From: a candidate division WOR-3 bacterium
GTDB taxonomy: Bacteria > Hydrothermota > Tepidihabitantia > Tepidihabitantales > Tepidihabitantaceae
Direction: 5' to 3'
NCBI GenBank assembly: GCA_965648905.1
Contig: CBFGIT010000001.1
Location: forward strand, 128,001 to 192,000
DNA: 64,000 nt
Both the position numbers and the translations under genes were made by a program. The notes beneath the pieces were generated by a model. That model saw only the letters and a program-made list of their open reading frames with translations, searched no databases and was not told the DNA's origin. Below are positions 19,097-27,795 of the stretch, one piece after another (position 1 is the first letter of the stretch; each line of letters starts with the position of its first letter).

Positions 19097-19297
19097 CTAC
19101 TTTGCCAGGGAGCAGTCACTTCTCGCGTCGTCCCATAGCTTGCATTTGTCGCGGACGCAATCTGTCGGCTCCCAGATCTCGTACGGTATCTTCTGCTCAG
19201 GAGTCGCGCCCATACCCAAGCAGCCGCTCTTGGCAGGAATTACCTCATACTTGGTCTTCGAAACCCACGAGAACGGACACATTGTACCTTTGCCCAT
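19097..19297 (-). CDS. Small Cys-rich hypothetical protein
   Basis: 66 aa with GGAG RBS; CPF...C...CVRDKCKLWD...C. Confidence 0.6.
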   Translation of the reverse strand: MGKGTMCPFSWVSKTKYEVIPAKSGCLGMGATPEQKIPYEIWEPTDCVRDKCKLWDDARSDCSLAK

Positions 19298-19338
19298 AGA
19301 TATCTCCCATAATAGCGGCCATCTAACGTATCTCCCTT

Positions 19339-19488
19339 CTACACCTTACCGGTTCCCTTGCAGTTGGGACACCTGCGCACGCCGTGGTCGCACGTACACT
19401 TGCCGTGGATGATGCCCAGGCTGCCGGTCCCGTTGCAGTCCTTGCACTTGACTACACCCTTACCATTGCATGTTGGACATGTTGCCAT
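19339..19488 (-). CDS. 49-aa stand-alone DnaJ-type (CxxCxGxG) zinc-finger protein; not in ORF track
   Basis: Hand translation MATCPTCNGKGVVKCKDCNGTGSLGIIHGKCTCDHGVRRCPNCKGTGKV*, with GGAGGTGA RBS. Confidence 0.8.
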   Translation of the reverse strand: MATCPTCNGKGVVKCKDCNGTGSLGIIHGKCTCDHGVRRCPNCKGTGKV

Positions 19489-19494
19489 TTTCAG

Positions 19495-20098
19495 TCACCT
19501 CCCCTCTCTTCTTCGTTCCCTAGCACAGACAGCGTTCCCTACTGCGTTCAGCAGTGGTCCGAAAACACACACCCTCAGCAATCGACGGAGAGCAGCACTC
19601 CGGGCCGCCACACTCGCAACGGACGGGGCAAGCCGGTAGTAGACGGCTGCGAGAACCCGTCCCGCCGGAGATTCGGAAAGCACCTCGTCGCGGAATCGCC
19701 TCAGAATGATAGCCGCTTCGGCCATTGACGAACCGTACACTGCCGTGGCGATGAAGCACCGACTGCATCCACCTGCGGTAACAGATGAGTTCGTGGTTAT
19801 GGTTGAATATGTATTCGGCATGGAGTACGCCAGCCCGCTCGGCTCCTCGGACCGTAACCTCGTCGTGCAGATGTACCGTTCCCTGTGTCTCCCCTTGGTA
19901 GTATACCTGCGCAAAGCTGTCAGAGGGTAGCGCCAGTCTGAATTTAAGAACCGGAATCGCGCGCCCATCGGGTCTGGACCAGGCGGGTATCGGGGGGTGC
20001 TTCTGCTCGACCTGGGGTTGGTCATCAACGATGCCTCGTACTTCAACGGCCGGCAAACCTGGTCTCCTCATCCACGGTCGCTTCGTTAAACCTCCCAT
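19495..20098 (-). pseudogene. OB-fold-like protein with C-terminal CFI-box-CTERM domain, split by a 1-nt frameshift near 19797
   Basis: The frame from ATG 20098 (GGAGG RBS) reads to ...AEYIFNH. CFIATAVYGS...LRRFRD...YY lies in a different frame. Removing one A joins them as IFNHTTNSSVTAGGCSRCFIAT. Confidence 0.65.
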
Positions 20099-20679
20099 GA
20101 ACTGCTATTGACTTAGGATCCCGACCCCTTCGCTCTCCCTGGTCACGGTTGGCGACAACCGTCCGCACAATAGATGACAGACTAGCAATGCACCGGCCTG
20201 ACACGCCGCGCCGACTTTCCGCAACCGGCATCTCCAGCGCTATCGCCAGCGTTCCGGTCCCGGGTTGTCTGCGGACGACAACAAGCACGTCCGCTTCTCT
20301 ACCACAAGCGTACACTGTACCTCTCGCCGCTCTCCCAAGACGGCTCCTTTAGCACCAAGATTGCCTGCAGGTTGTCACTCGGGCCTCGGACGCTGACGGT
20401 TCGAGAACTCGCTCGGCGGGATTACAGGTGCTTTTGCCGAGACGACCCGAACCCTGCCTCAAGACCGAGGCAATATATAACCTACCCCTAGAGTCTAGTC
20501 AAGTTTTCCGAACTGCCTGTTGCACCGACTCGGCGCCGGGTTCGACTGCGCGGTTTGGTTGGCCGTGCTGGCGACTTGGTCGTGTTCTTGTGCGAGGGCG
20601 GAGGTAAGGGAGAGGGGAGCTGGTGAAGTCAGAAGGCAGACATCAGAATGCAGAAGTCAGAGCAAAGGCAGAGGGGAGC

Positions 20680-21426
20680 CTAGACCGGAGGCAGACGGTC
20701 GAGCTCGCCGGTCTTCTCCTGCCGGCCAAACCAGTCAACCACTGATTCCTGCACGCGGTCGATGCTTGCCGCGGGCACGAGGTTCTGTTCCACAAGCCAG
20801 GCCCGCGCTTTGTCGAGCATCCTCTGCCGCACTTCGGGCGGCTTGCCCCGAGTGCGGTTCAAGACGCCGAGGACCTTGCGCGCGTGGTCGAATAGAAGCT
20901 TCGCATCCTGCCAGTTCCGGTCCAGGTGCTCGGCATCGATGATGTTTTTCACGTAGAGGTGCAGTTCCTCACGCAGGAGCGCGGCCCGGGCAAGCTTTCT
21001 GGCCCGCAGTTGACGTTTGTCTGCTGGTTCCGGCCACCCGCCTCTTGCTCGGCGCGCCGCAGCCTGCTTGACGTCGTACTTGAGCACCTCGGTCGCGGTC
21101 TTTATCGGCAGGTTGGCAGCAAGTTGACCGACTGCAACTGCTCCAGCCTGCTCAGGTGCAGTCGGCAATGACGTGTAGCGGTCGAGGATGTCTTTCAGGT
21201 CGTCGAACGAAGCCTGGCACGCGCGCAGGTAGTCGGCAACCGTGCCGATGCCGAGGTTCGGAACCCTGCCCTTCTCAATGTCACCGATCATGTGGTGGCT
21301 GCCTTTGCACTCGCGGCCCATCAGGATTGCAACCTGGGCCTGGGTCAGCCCGGCACGCAGGCGCAGTTCGCGCAGCCGCGCGCCAATCTCCTTGGCTGGC
21401 TTGAATGGTTCTTTGGCTCTCGGCAT
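20680..21426 (-). CDS. XRE-family HTH transcriptional regulator
   Basis: IGARLRELRLRAGLTQAQVA...IGDIEKG. Start taken at ATG 21426, downstream of the promoter. Confidence 0.8.
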   Translation of the reverse strand: MPRAKEPFKPAKEIGARLRELRLRAGLTQAQVAILMGRECKGSHHMIGDIEKGRVPNLGIGTVADYLRACQASFDDLKDILDRYTSLPTAPEQAGAVAVGQLAANLPIKTATEVLKYDVKQAAARRARGGWPEPADKRQLRARKLARAALLREELHLYVKNIIDAEHLDRNWQDAKLLFDHARKVLGVLNRTRGKPPEVRQRMLDKARAWLVEQNLVPAASIDRVQESVVDWFGRQEKTGELDRLPPV

Positions 21427-21440
21427 CAGCTTTCCAGAAC

Positions 21441-21475
21441 ACACGCATGATAGTAATTACTATCATGCGTGTCAA
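21441..21475 (-). promoter_or_regulatory. sigma70 promoter overlapped by a perfect 32-bp palindrome (probable operator)
   Basis: TTGACA(21475-21470)-N17-TATCAT(21452-21447); palindrome ACACGCATGATAGTAA/TTACTATCATGCGTGT at 21441-21472. Confidence 0.8.
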
Positions 21476-21843
21476 CTCACCCGTGCCTGTAAGTCTGCGA
21501 TTTGCATGCTGATATGTGAATTGGCCGCGCAGGACTCCCCGGCTCCCCAGAGAGTATCGGCAATAACGTTGAACGTGCTTTCGGGCTGAGTTGTACTCCA
21601 GGCGTTGCCGCAGGTGTCTTCTGTTATCCTTGGCCGAGTGCTGCCAGAAGTGCTGCCTCGCGTAATAGGCCAGGCAGTCAGCCTGCCATAAGCTGAACCA
21701 GCAGCCTGAGCAGTTCTTCCGGCAGTTGAGCAGGCCGATGGTTGCCGGTTCAGGCCTGCGGTTAGCGCTCTTTCCTAACCTGTCTTGCGACCCGTGCTTC
21801 GAGCTGTGGAACCAGGGTCAAGCTACGGCTGCGCTGGCCCGGG

Positions 21844-23502
21844 CTATTCGGCTAGAATCGCCTTGGCAGCAGAGGAAGCAGGGCCATCAACAAGCCGGAA
21901 CAGGTAAATCCCGGCGCCGCACCGGTGGCCCTGTTCGTCAAAGCCGTCCCAGACGACCCGGTCAGTCGCTGCGAGCGTGCGTACGAGGTTGCCCGCGGCA
22001 TCGTAGACTTGAAGTCGCGCTGCCGGAGTGCGCAGAGGCGTAAACTCGGCCACAAACGGCGGCGTGCCGATGGTGGGCGTGACACGCTTGAGCCGGGCCG
22101 GCGTCCGAGGTGCAACTGGTTCGCTTGCACCAGTGGCAGTGTGCGCACCGGCGAGTCTGGCAATGGTCGCGACCGCGGTCTTGACAACTTCGGTTGCCAT
22201 CGGCAGGTTGTTGGTCCCGCAGTTGGTGTAGTAGAGCGGGCCGATGGTGTCGCCGATGGTATGGTACATCGGGGTGAAGTCCCGCTCAATCCCGCAGAAG
22301 GCAACATAGCCGCGCTGCCAGAATGAATGATGGTCAGAGTAAGGCGCGTAGCTCACCATTGACTTCAGGGTCTTGAGCTGGGCAAAGGTGTCGGCCTGGG
22401 CGATGAAGTAGTCGACAAGCCATTCGCAGTTCGGGTTGGAGCGTTTGCCGATGACCTCAAAGGTGTCCAGGTACTGCCGGCCATAGGAAATCATGTCGAA
22501 GTTGAGCACGGCCTGAATCGAGTCGCCGCGACGATAGCAGCGGGCGGCAAAGCTGTCTGAGCCGTAAAGGCCCTGTTCTTCGCCCGCGAATCCGATGAAC
22601 CAGACCGTATGGTCGAACTCGATGTCGGCAAAAACCCGGGCCGCCTCGAGCACTGCAGCCGCACCTGAGCCGTTGTCGTCTGAGCCCGGGCAGCGGTTCG
22701 GCGCGTAGTCAGAAGTGTTGTCAACGTGGCCGCAGATGATGTAGATGCGCCGGGGGTTGAGTCGGCCGCGTTTGACGCCGATGGCATTTGGTGCGTAGTT
22801 GGAGCGGAAAGGTTCGAGTGCGGTCGAGTCGCAGTTGTACTCTATGAACCGGTCGCGCATCCATTCCATGGCCCGACGGCAGGAGTCAGTGGTCGAGTAG
22901 CGGGTGTAGAACGCGACCAGGCGTTCGATGTTGCTCCGGAACGAGTCCTGGCTGACACGGTTGACGAGGTTCTGGACCAGCGAGTCGGTGACCTTGGGCA
23001 GGCTGGGTTGGGTCTGACGAGAGCCGGAAAAAACCATCGGTTCCTGCGAAACCCGGCACAGTTCGACCGGCAGTTGGTTGAGCTGGAGGATATTCTCCTC
23101 GGTTGTGGCTAGGAGAACACCGTGGTTATCCTGAGTCAGTATCCGGCCGTGCTCTGCCAGCATAGTCCGGTCAAAGCCGGGCCTGGGCGTGACGTAGACG
23201 TAACACTCGGCAGAAGGACGAAGGTCGAAGGACGAAGGTCGAAACTGGTCGAGCAGTGCGACGCCGGTGCTGACAGACTTGAGTGCTTCTTCGGGCGCAC
23301 GCACCAGGCACCAGTTGTCGAGTTCCAGAAGGACATCAGCCCCAAGCCTGGTCAGAGCTTCGGGGTTCATGCCGTCAACCCGGGCAAGCCAGTTCGGGCC
23401 AGCAAATGCCGGCAGGGCAGTGAGACAGACCGCAATCAGCAAGCAGGCAGATTTCAAGGTTGGATTCCTTTCAGGTATCAGGAGTAATGATACCAGCCCC
23501 AA
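21844..23502 (-). CDS. Secreted M28 metallopeptidase with FlgD-Ig/T9SS-like C-terminal domain
   Basis: GHVD, GSDDNGSG, GEEQGL, NFDMI, SDH, YHT; C-terminal VYDAAGNLVRTL...WDG...GIYLFR. Confidence 0.9.
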   Translation of the reverse strand: MGLVSLLLIPERNPTLKSACLLIAVCLTALPAFAGPNWLARVDGMNPEALTRLGADVLLELDNWCLVRAPEEALKSVSTGVALLDQFRPSSFDLRPSAECYVYVTPRPGFDRTMLAEHGRILTQDNHGVLLATTEENILQLNQLPVELCRVSQEPMVFSGSRQTQPSLPKVTDSLVQNLVNRVSQDSFRSNIERLVAFYTRYSTTDSCRRAMEWMRDRFIEYNCDSTALEPFRSNYAPNAIGVKRGRLNPRRIYIICGHVDNTSDYAPNRCPGSDDNGSGAAAVLEAARVFADIEFDHTVWFIGFAGEEQGLYGSDSFAARCYRRGDSIQAVLNFDMISYGRQYLDTFEVIGKRSNPNCEWLVDYFIAQADTFAQLKTLKSMVSYAPYSDHHSFWQRGYVAFCGIERDFTPMYHTIGDTIGPLYYTNCGTNNLPMATEVVKTAVATIARLAGAHTATGASEPVAPRTPARLKRVTPTIGTPPFVAEFTPLRTPAARLQVYDAAGNLVRTLAATDRVVWDGFDEQGHRCGAGIYLFRLVDGPASSAAKAILAE

Positions 23503-23532
23503 GCCCGGTCGTCAAAACAGCGGCCGGGCTGG

Positions 23533-24996
23533 TCAGTCGGAGAGCTTGAGCAAGACGAGGGCTGAAGCCTCGGTCTCCGGGCTGTGCGCGACGTAGACGC
23601 CAGCCGGCACAGGCCGTCCGCTCTTGTCGCAGCCGTCCCACTCAACGCAATCGTAACTCAACGGTTTGAGTATGCGCAGGACCCGGCCATCTGCGCCGGT
23701 GATTGTAATCGCACCGTTATCGCGTGTGCCGGAGAGGGTCGTCTTCCGGCTGAACGGGTTGGGCCAGGAGTGCAACCGACCAGCCCTGCTGGCCGTGCCG
23801 GCTTCGGCGACGTCGGTGCTGCCGACATAGAAGCTGTCCTGGGCCGTTGTCACCTGATTCATGCCGTCGCTGAACCGGAAAGAGAATCGGTGCCAGCCTG
23901 GGCTGAACTTGGCAAGCTCGCGCCCGAACCGGACTCCGGCCTCGTAGCGGTGGCTTGCCGGCACAAGGTAGTATGGATTGCCGTCGACAAGCAGACCACG
24001 CTCGGTCGGCAGGTTGGAGTCAACATCGGTGTAGGTGACCGTGAAGACGAAATATGTGCTGGGTGAGCCAGAGCGCGGGTTCACGTGCGGGTCGGTCAGT
24101 GTCGGACCGCGGTTCTGACCGATAGCAAACGACGGCGTGCGCGTGGCGTAGTAGTTCGCCGGCGCAGTGGTGTCGCGCAGGGCCGCACCGCCGATGGGAT
24201 AGATAGCCTGGGTGTTGGCCGCGACCGAAAGAAATCCCGACGTGTTGGGCCAGGGCCCGAACTTCGGATGACCGACCATGTCGCTTGCGTCGCAGCGTAA
24301 ATGGAGCCGGTTGCCGCTGGTCGAAGCATCGGCATTGCCGATACGCTCGTAGCTCGCTGCGTACCGGTTGATGAGATAGAGCCCGGTGGTGAACACGCCC
24401 GGTACGTTGGCGTAACTGAGCGAGAAGGCATAGGTGTCGGTCGGTGCCTCCGGATTCACAAAGCCGATGGAGTAGATGAACCACGGCTGCGGAAAGGTGT
24501 AGAGCGGCCAGCTTGTGTGGTTGTTCGTGAGCGAGCCGTAGAACTTGTTTCCTGAGTAGCCGACCCATGCGCCGGTCAGGTCGACCCAGTTGCCTTCCGG
24601 GTCGATGGCGTCGCCGGTCGGGTCATTGGCCGCAAGCGCCAGAAGATTCATGCCCGGCGGCCAGGTATTAGTTGAGTTGTACGGGCTCTGGGTAGCGATG
24701 TTGGCCGCGCTGAGACCGCGCAGATAGTACCAGACCGTGCCCGAACTGCCGACCGCAAAGGTAGCCACGTGCGTGCTCTCATAGCCCGGGTCGGCCATGC
24801 GCGACATCGGCAGCTCAATCCAGCTTGCCTGGTTGTCGGTCGAGTAGAACAGACGTCCGACTGACAGGTCCTGGCCCGACGTGGCGATCTCACCGTTCAC
24901 AGTCACATGTCCGCCTGCGGCCGGCGCAGAGTTGCAGACATCGGTCAAAGTCGGCGTGGCCGAAGCGAGGAGAAGCACGACCGCGAACGCGCTCAT
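23533..24996 (-). CDS. Secreted beta-rich protein with FlgD-Ig/T9SS-like C-terminal domain
   Basis: Signal peptide; C-terminal WPNPF...GRVLRIL...WDGCDKSGRPVPAGVY. Confidence 0.75.
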   Translation of the reverse strand: MSAFAVVLLLASATPTLTDVCNSAPAAGGHVTVNGEIATSGQDLSVGRLFYSTDNQASWIELPMSRMADPGYESTHVATFAVGSSGTVWYYLRGLSAANIATQSPYNSTNTWPPGMNLLALAANDPTGDAIDPEGNWVDLTGAWVGYSGNKFYGSLTNNHTSWPLYTFPQPWFIYSIGFVNPEAPTDTYAFSLSYANVPGVFTTGLYLINRYAASYERIGNADASTSGNRLHLRCDASDMVGHPKFGPWPNTSGFLSVAANTQAIYPIGGAALRDTTAPANYYATRTPSFAIGQNRGPTLTDPHVNPRSGSPSTYFVFTVTYTDVDSNLPTERGLLVDGNPYYLVPASHRYEAGVRFGRELAKFSPGWHRFSFRFSDGMNQVTTAQDSFYVGSTDVAEAGTASRAGRLHSWPNPFSRKTTLSGTRDNGAITITGADGRVLRILKPLSYDCVEWDGCDKSGRPVPAGVYVAHSPETEASALVLLKLSD

Positions 24997-24999
24997 GCG

Positions 25000-26562
25000 C
25001 TAGTCCACAAGCACGAGTTTTGCTGTGCCTTCCGGAGAAGTGCCAGCCCGGCGGACGAAGTACAGGCCGGGCCCAAGCCGCCCGGACGACTGTCGAACCA
25101 GTTGGCCGCTGGCATCGTAAACTTGAACCTGAGTTCCAGATGGTGCGGTAATGCCGAGCCGGCTGCGGCTGACGGTCGGGCCAACCCCAGGCCACAGGCG
25201 TGCGGCGGAGGGCATAGCGCGCTCTCCTGCCCCGACCAACTGATGCGCACCGGCAAGCTTGGCAATGGTGGCGACTGTGGCTTTGACGACTTCAGTGTAC
25301 ATCGGCAAATTGTTGGTGCCGCAGTCAACATAGTGGAACGGGCCGATGGTATCGCCGGTCGTGTGGTACTTGGGCGTGCGGTCGTGGTACCTTCCCCGAA
25401 TCGCAAGATAGCCATAGCGCCAGAACGAGGCGTGGTCCGAGTTGGCGGTGTTGAGCATGGTATCCTTTGCCTTGAGCTCGGTGAAGGTGTCGGCCAGGGC
25501 AAGGAAGTAGAGCGCCATGTTCCGGGTCTCAGGCAGGTTCGAGGTCCAGACCACGGTAATCGAGTCGTCGCGGCCGTAGGAGACCATGTCGAAGTTGATG
25601 GCAAGTGCAATCGAGTCGCCGCGCTGGCGGCAGGCGTAGACAAAGCTGTCCGACCCGACCAAACCCTGTTCTTCGCCTGAGAACCCGAGGAACCAGACCG
25701 TGTTCTCGAACTCGATATCGGCGCAGACCCGGGCAACCTCAAGCACTGTGCCCATGCCTGAGGCATTATCGTCTGAGCCGGGCGCATAGCCGGAAGGGGC
25801 GAGTTCCGATGTATTATCGATGTGGCCGCTGACAACGTAGATGCGGTTCGGGTTGACCGTGCCGCGCTTGACTCCGATGACGTTCGGTGCGTAGTTCGCC
25901 CGGAACGTGTGCAGGGCGGTCGAGTCGCAGTTGTACTCTTCAAGCCGGGCGCGTACCCAGTTGGCTGCGCTGCGGCAGGAGTCGGTGGTTGAATAGCGGG
26001 TGAAGAACGCGATGAGCCGACGCAGGAACGCCTCAAGCGTATCCTGGCTGACGCGACTGACCAAGGTCCAGACCAGACTGTCATCGACAACGCAGGGTTC
26101 GGGTTGCCGGAGCTGGCTGAAAACCATTGGCCGCATCGGAATGCGGCAAAGTTCGACCGGCAGTTGGTTGAGGCTCGTGATACCGTCTTCGGTTGTGCGC
26201 AGGAGTACGCCGGACTGGTCTCGGGCCAGCACATCGCCCCAGCCGGCCAGCGCGTCCTGGTCAATGCCGCGGTCGCTGCTGACGTAGACGTAGCACCGGG
26301 CAGAAGGACGAAGGTCGAAGTCCGAAGGTCTAAGCTGGTCAAGCTGCTCGACAATGAAGCCACGGGCCAGACTCGCCGGCGTGGCCGTCCCGACTCTCGC
26401 GATGCAGCCGTCGCCAAGCAGGAAGAGCACGTCAGCACCAGCCTGGGCAACGTCGGCCGGGGTCTGGCTCGGCCCAAGCCGGATACGAACCAGCAGGTCG
26501 TCGGCCCCAGCCAGAGCGCCCCACAGGCAGAACACGGTTATCGCCATCCTCATTGGCTTCAT
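25000..26562 (-). CDS. Secreted M28 metallopeptidase, paralog of 21844-23502
   Basis: GHID, GSDDNASG, GEEQGL, NFDMV, SDH, YHT; near-identical blocks shared with the paralog (TRYSTTDSCR, CGTNNLPM). Confidence 0.9.
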   Translation of the reverse strand: MKPMRMAITVFCLWGALAGADDLLVRIRLGPSQTPADVAQAGADVLFLLGDGCIARVGTATPASLARGFIVEQLDQLRPSDFDLRPSARCYVYVSSDRGIDQDALAGWGDVLARDQSGVLLRTTEDGITSLNQLPVELCRIPMRPMVFSQLRQPEPCVVDDSLVWTLVSRVSQDTLEAFLRRLIAFFTRYSTTDSCRSAANWVRARLEEYNCDSTALHTFRANYAPNVIGVKRGTVNPNRIYVVSGHIDNTSELAPSGYAPGSDDNASGMGTVLEVARVCADIEFENTVWFLGFSGEEQGLVGSDSFVYACRQRGDSIALAINFDMVSYGRDDSITVVWTSNLPETRNMALYFLALADTFTELKAKDTMLNTANSDHASFWRYGYLAIRGRYHDRTPKYHTTGDTIGPFHYVDCGTNNLPMYTEVVKATVATIAKLAGAHQLVGAGERAMPSAARLWPGVGPTVSRSRLGITAPSGTQVQVYDASGQLVRQSSGRLGPGLYFVRRAGTSPEGTAKLVLVD

Positions 26563-26848
26563 GGCACAAGATGGTAGGCGCTTTGATGTGCCGTGTCAAC
26601 GTGCGCTCCGGGTCGTGCTTGCATTGCCGGCTTGCTCAGGTATGATACCGCCACGCTGTCAATGCACTGTTCCTGATTATGGCCAGACACATCACCGACC
26701 TGATTCGGCGCCGGCTTCTGGTCTTGTTCGAAGTCACCCCGCCGAGAAAACGGCACACCATTGACAAGGCACATGTTGCCAAGGAACTGCAACCGGTGTA
26801 CACTGAAGAGTCTTCCATGCAAGAGATGCTATCACAGGACTGGAGATA

Positions 26849-27586
26849 ATGAAAAGAATAACCCGCAAGAAGTCCGCATACCGAACCAGCCGTGCCTTGG
26901 GCGCCTCAGCCATCTTCCGTGGCACGAAGATTGAGCGCGCCGGGGGCGAGCGGCTCTGGCAGCATGTTGACCTTCAAGCCGTCGTGGTTCGACACTGGAA
27001 GCTGCTCAAGTCCAGCGCACCCGCGGCTCAGATAAGGAGAGCGCAGCAGATGGCCCTGACCCTGATCCGGCACCACAACAAGCGCGGCATCTGGCACGGC
27101 GAGTACGTCTACGGCATCTTCCTCGGCCGGGCAACACCCAAGGCGCTTACCCTGCTCCACCCGGGCTCTGAACAGGAAATGGCACAACTTAAGCTCTCGT
27201 CCGGGCTACTGCGCCGTCTGCGCGGCCGCTTCGACGACGAGCCGTTCCATGCCGCCCTGCTGGTTGCGACCATCGGGCCCTATGTGACTCAGGAAGTCAA
27301 CCGGTTGACCGCAACCGGCCAGGTTGCCGATGCGTTCTTCCTGCACGGCCTGGCTGCGGAGATGGTTGAAGGCCTTGCCCGGTTCTGCCAGGCGCAGATG
27401 CCGGAGTTTCCGGACTGGGCCCGGGCGGTGCGTTACGGCCCGGGGTCTGAGGTCTGGCCCGGGCTTGACGAGCAGCGCACCGTGTTCGAGGTGCTGATGG
27501 CCGAGCGGATCGGCGTCGAACTGACCAAGACGTGGCAGATTGTGCCCGAGCACTCCTTGAGCGCCATCGTCCTGCCCGCGGTCTAG
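26849..27586 (+). CDS. Stand-alone B12-dependent methionine synthase activation-domain-like protein
   Basis: VATIG...FFLHGLAAEMVEGLA...RYGPG...IGVELT...VPEHSLSAIV. Confidence 0.75.
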   Translation: MKRITRKKSAYRTSRALGASAIFRGTKIERAGGERLWQHVDLQAVVVRHWKLLKSSAPAAQIRRAQQMALTLIRHHNKRGIWHGEYVYGIFLGRATPKALTLLHPGSEQEMAQLKLSSGLLRRLRGRFDDEPFHAALLVATIGPYVTQEVNRLTATGQVADAFFLHGLAAEMVEGLARFCQAQMPEFPDWARAVRYGPGSEVWPGLDEQRTVFEVLMAERIGVELTKTWQIVPEHSLSAIVLPAV

Positions 27587-27629
27587 CCGCCGGTCGCACC
27601 GCAGAATCAGCCCTGACCGCGATAACTTG

Positions 27630-27658
27630 TTGACAGGGCTGTCGGTTGCGGCTATAAT
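27630..27658 (+). promoter_or_regulatory. Consensus sigma70 promoter of the polysaccharide operon
   Basis: TTGACA-N17-TATAAT exact match. Confidence 0.8.
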
Positions 27659-27795
27659 AAAACTGCGTCAGATTCAGGCTCCCGGCAGAGGAGCTTCCCG
27701 GCAGTAAGACCCTTTTGACAAACTGACCACCGCGATGCGGCAGTAGTGTCCGCATGGTCTGCGGCCGCGTGGCCGCAAAAACTTGGAGGAATGGT

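Noticed and set aside
20240..20350. Possible 32-aa TTG-start ORF with AAGGAG on the minus strand
   Set aside because: No motif or other support.
24993..26477. 494-aa alternate-frame ORF over the M28 peptidase
   Set aside because: Ser/Thr/Arg/Pro-rich frame shadow of the peptidase gene.
26560..26848. Cobalamin or SAM riboswitch upstream of the MetH activation-domain gene
   Set aside because: No conserved riboswitch core recognised; the short ORFs here are unconvincing.
27699..27752. Two GGCAGTA motifs resembling the ops element (GGCGGTAG) in the polysaccharide leader
   Set aside because: Imperfect match and no RfaH/NusG paralog in the window.
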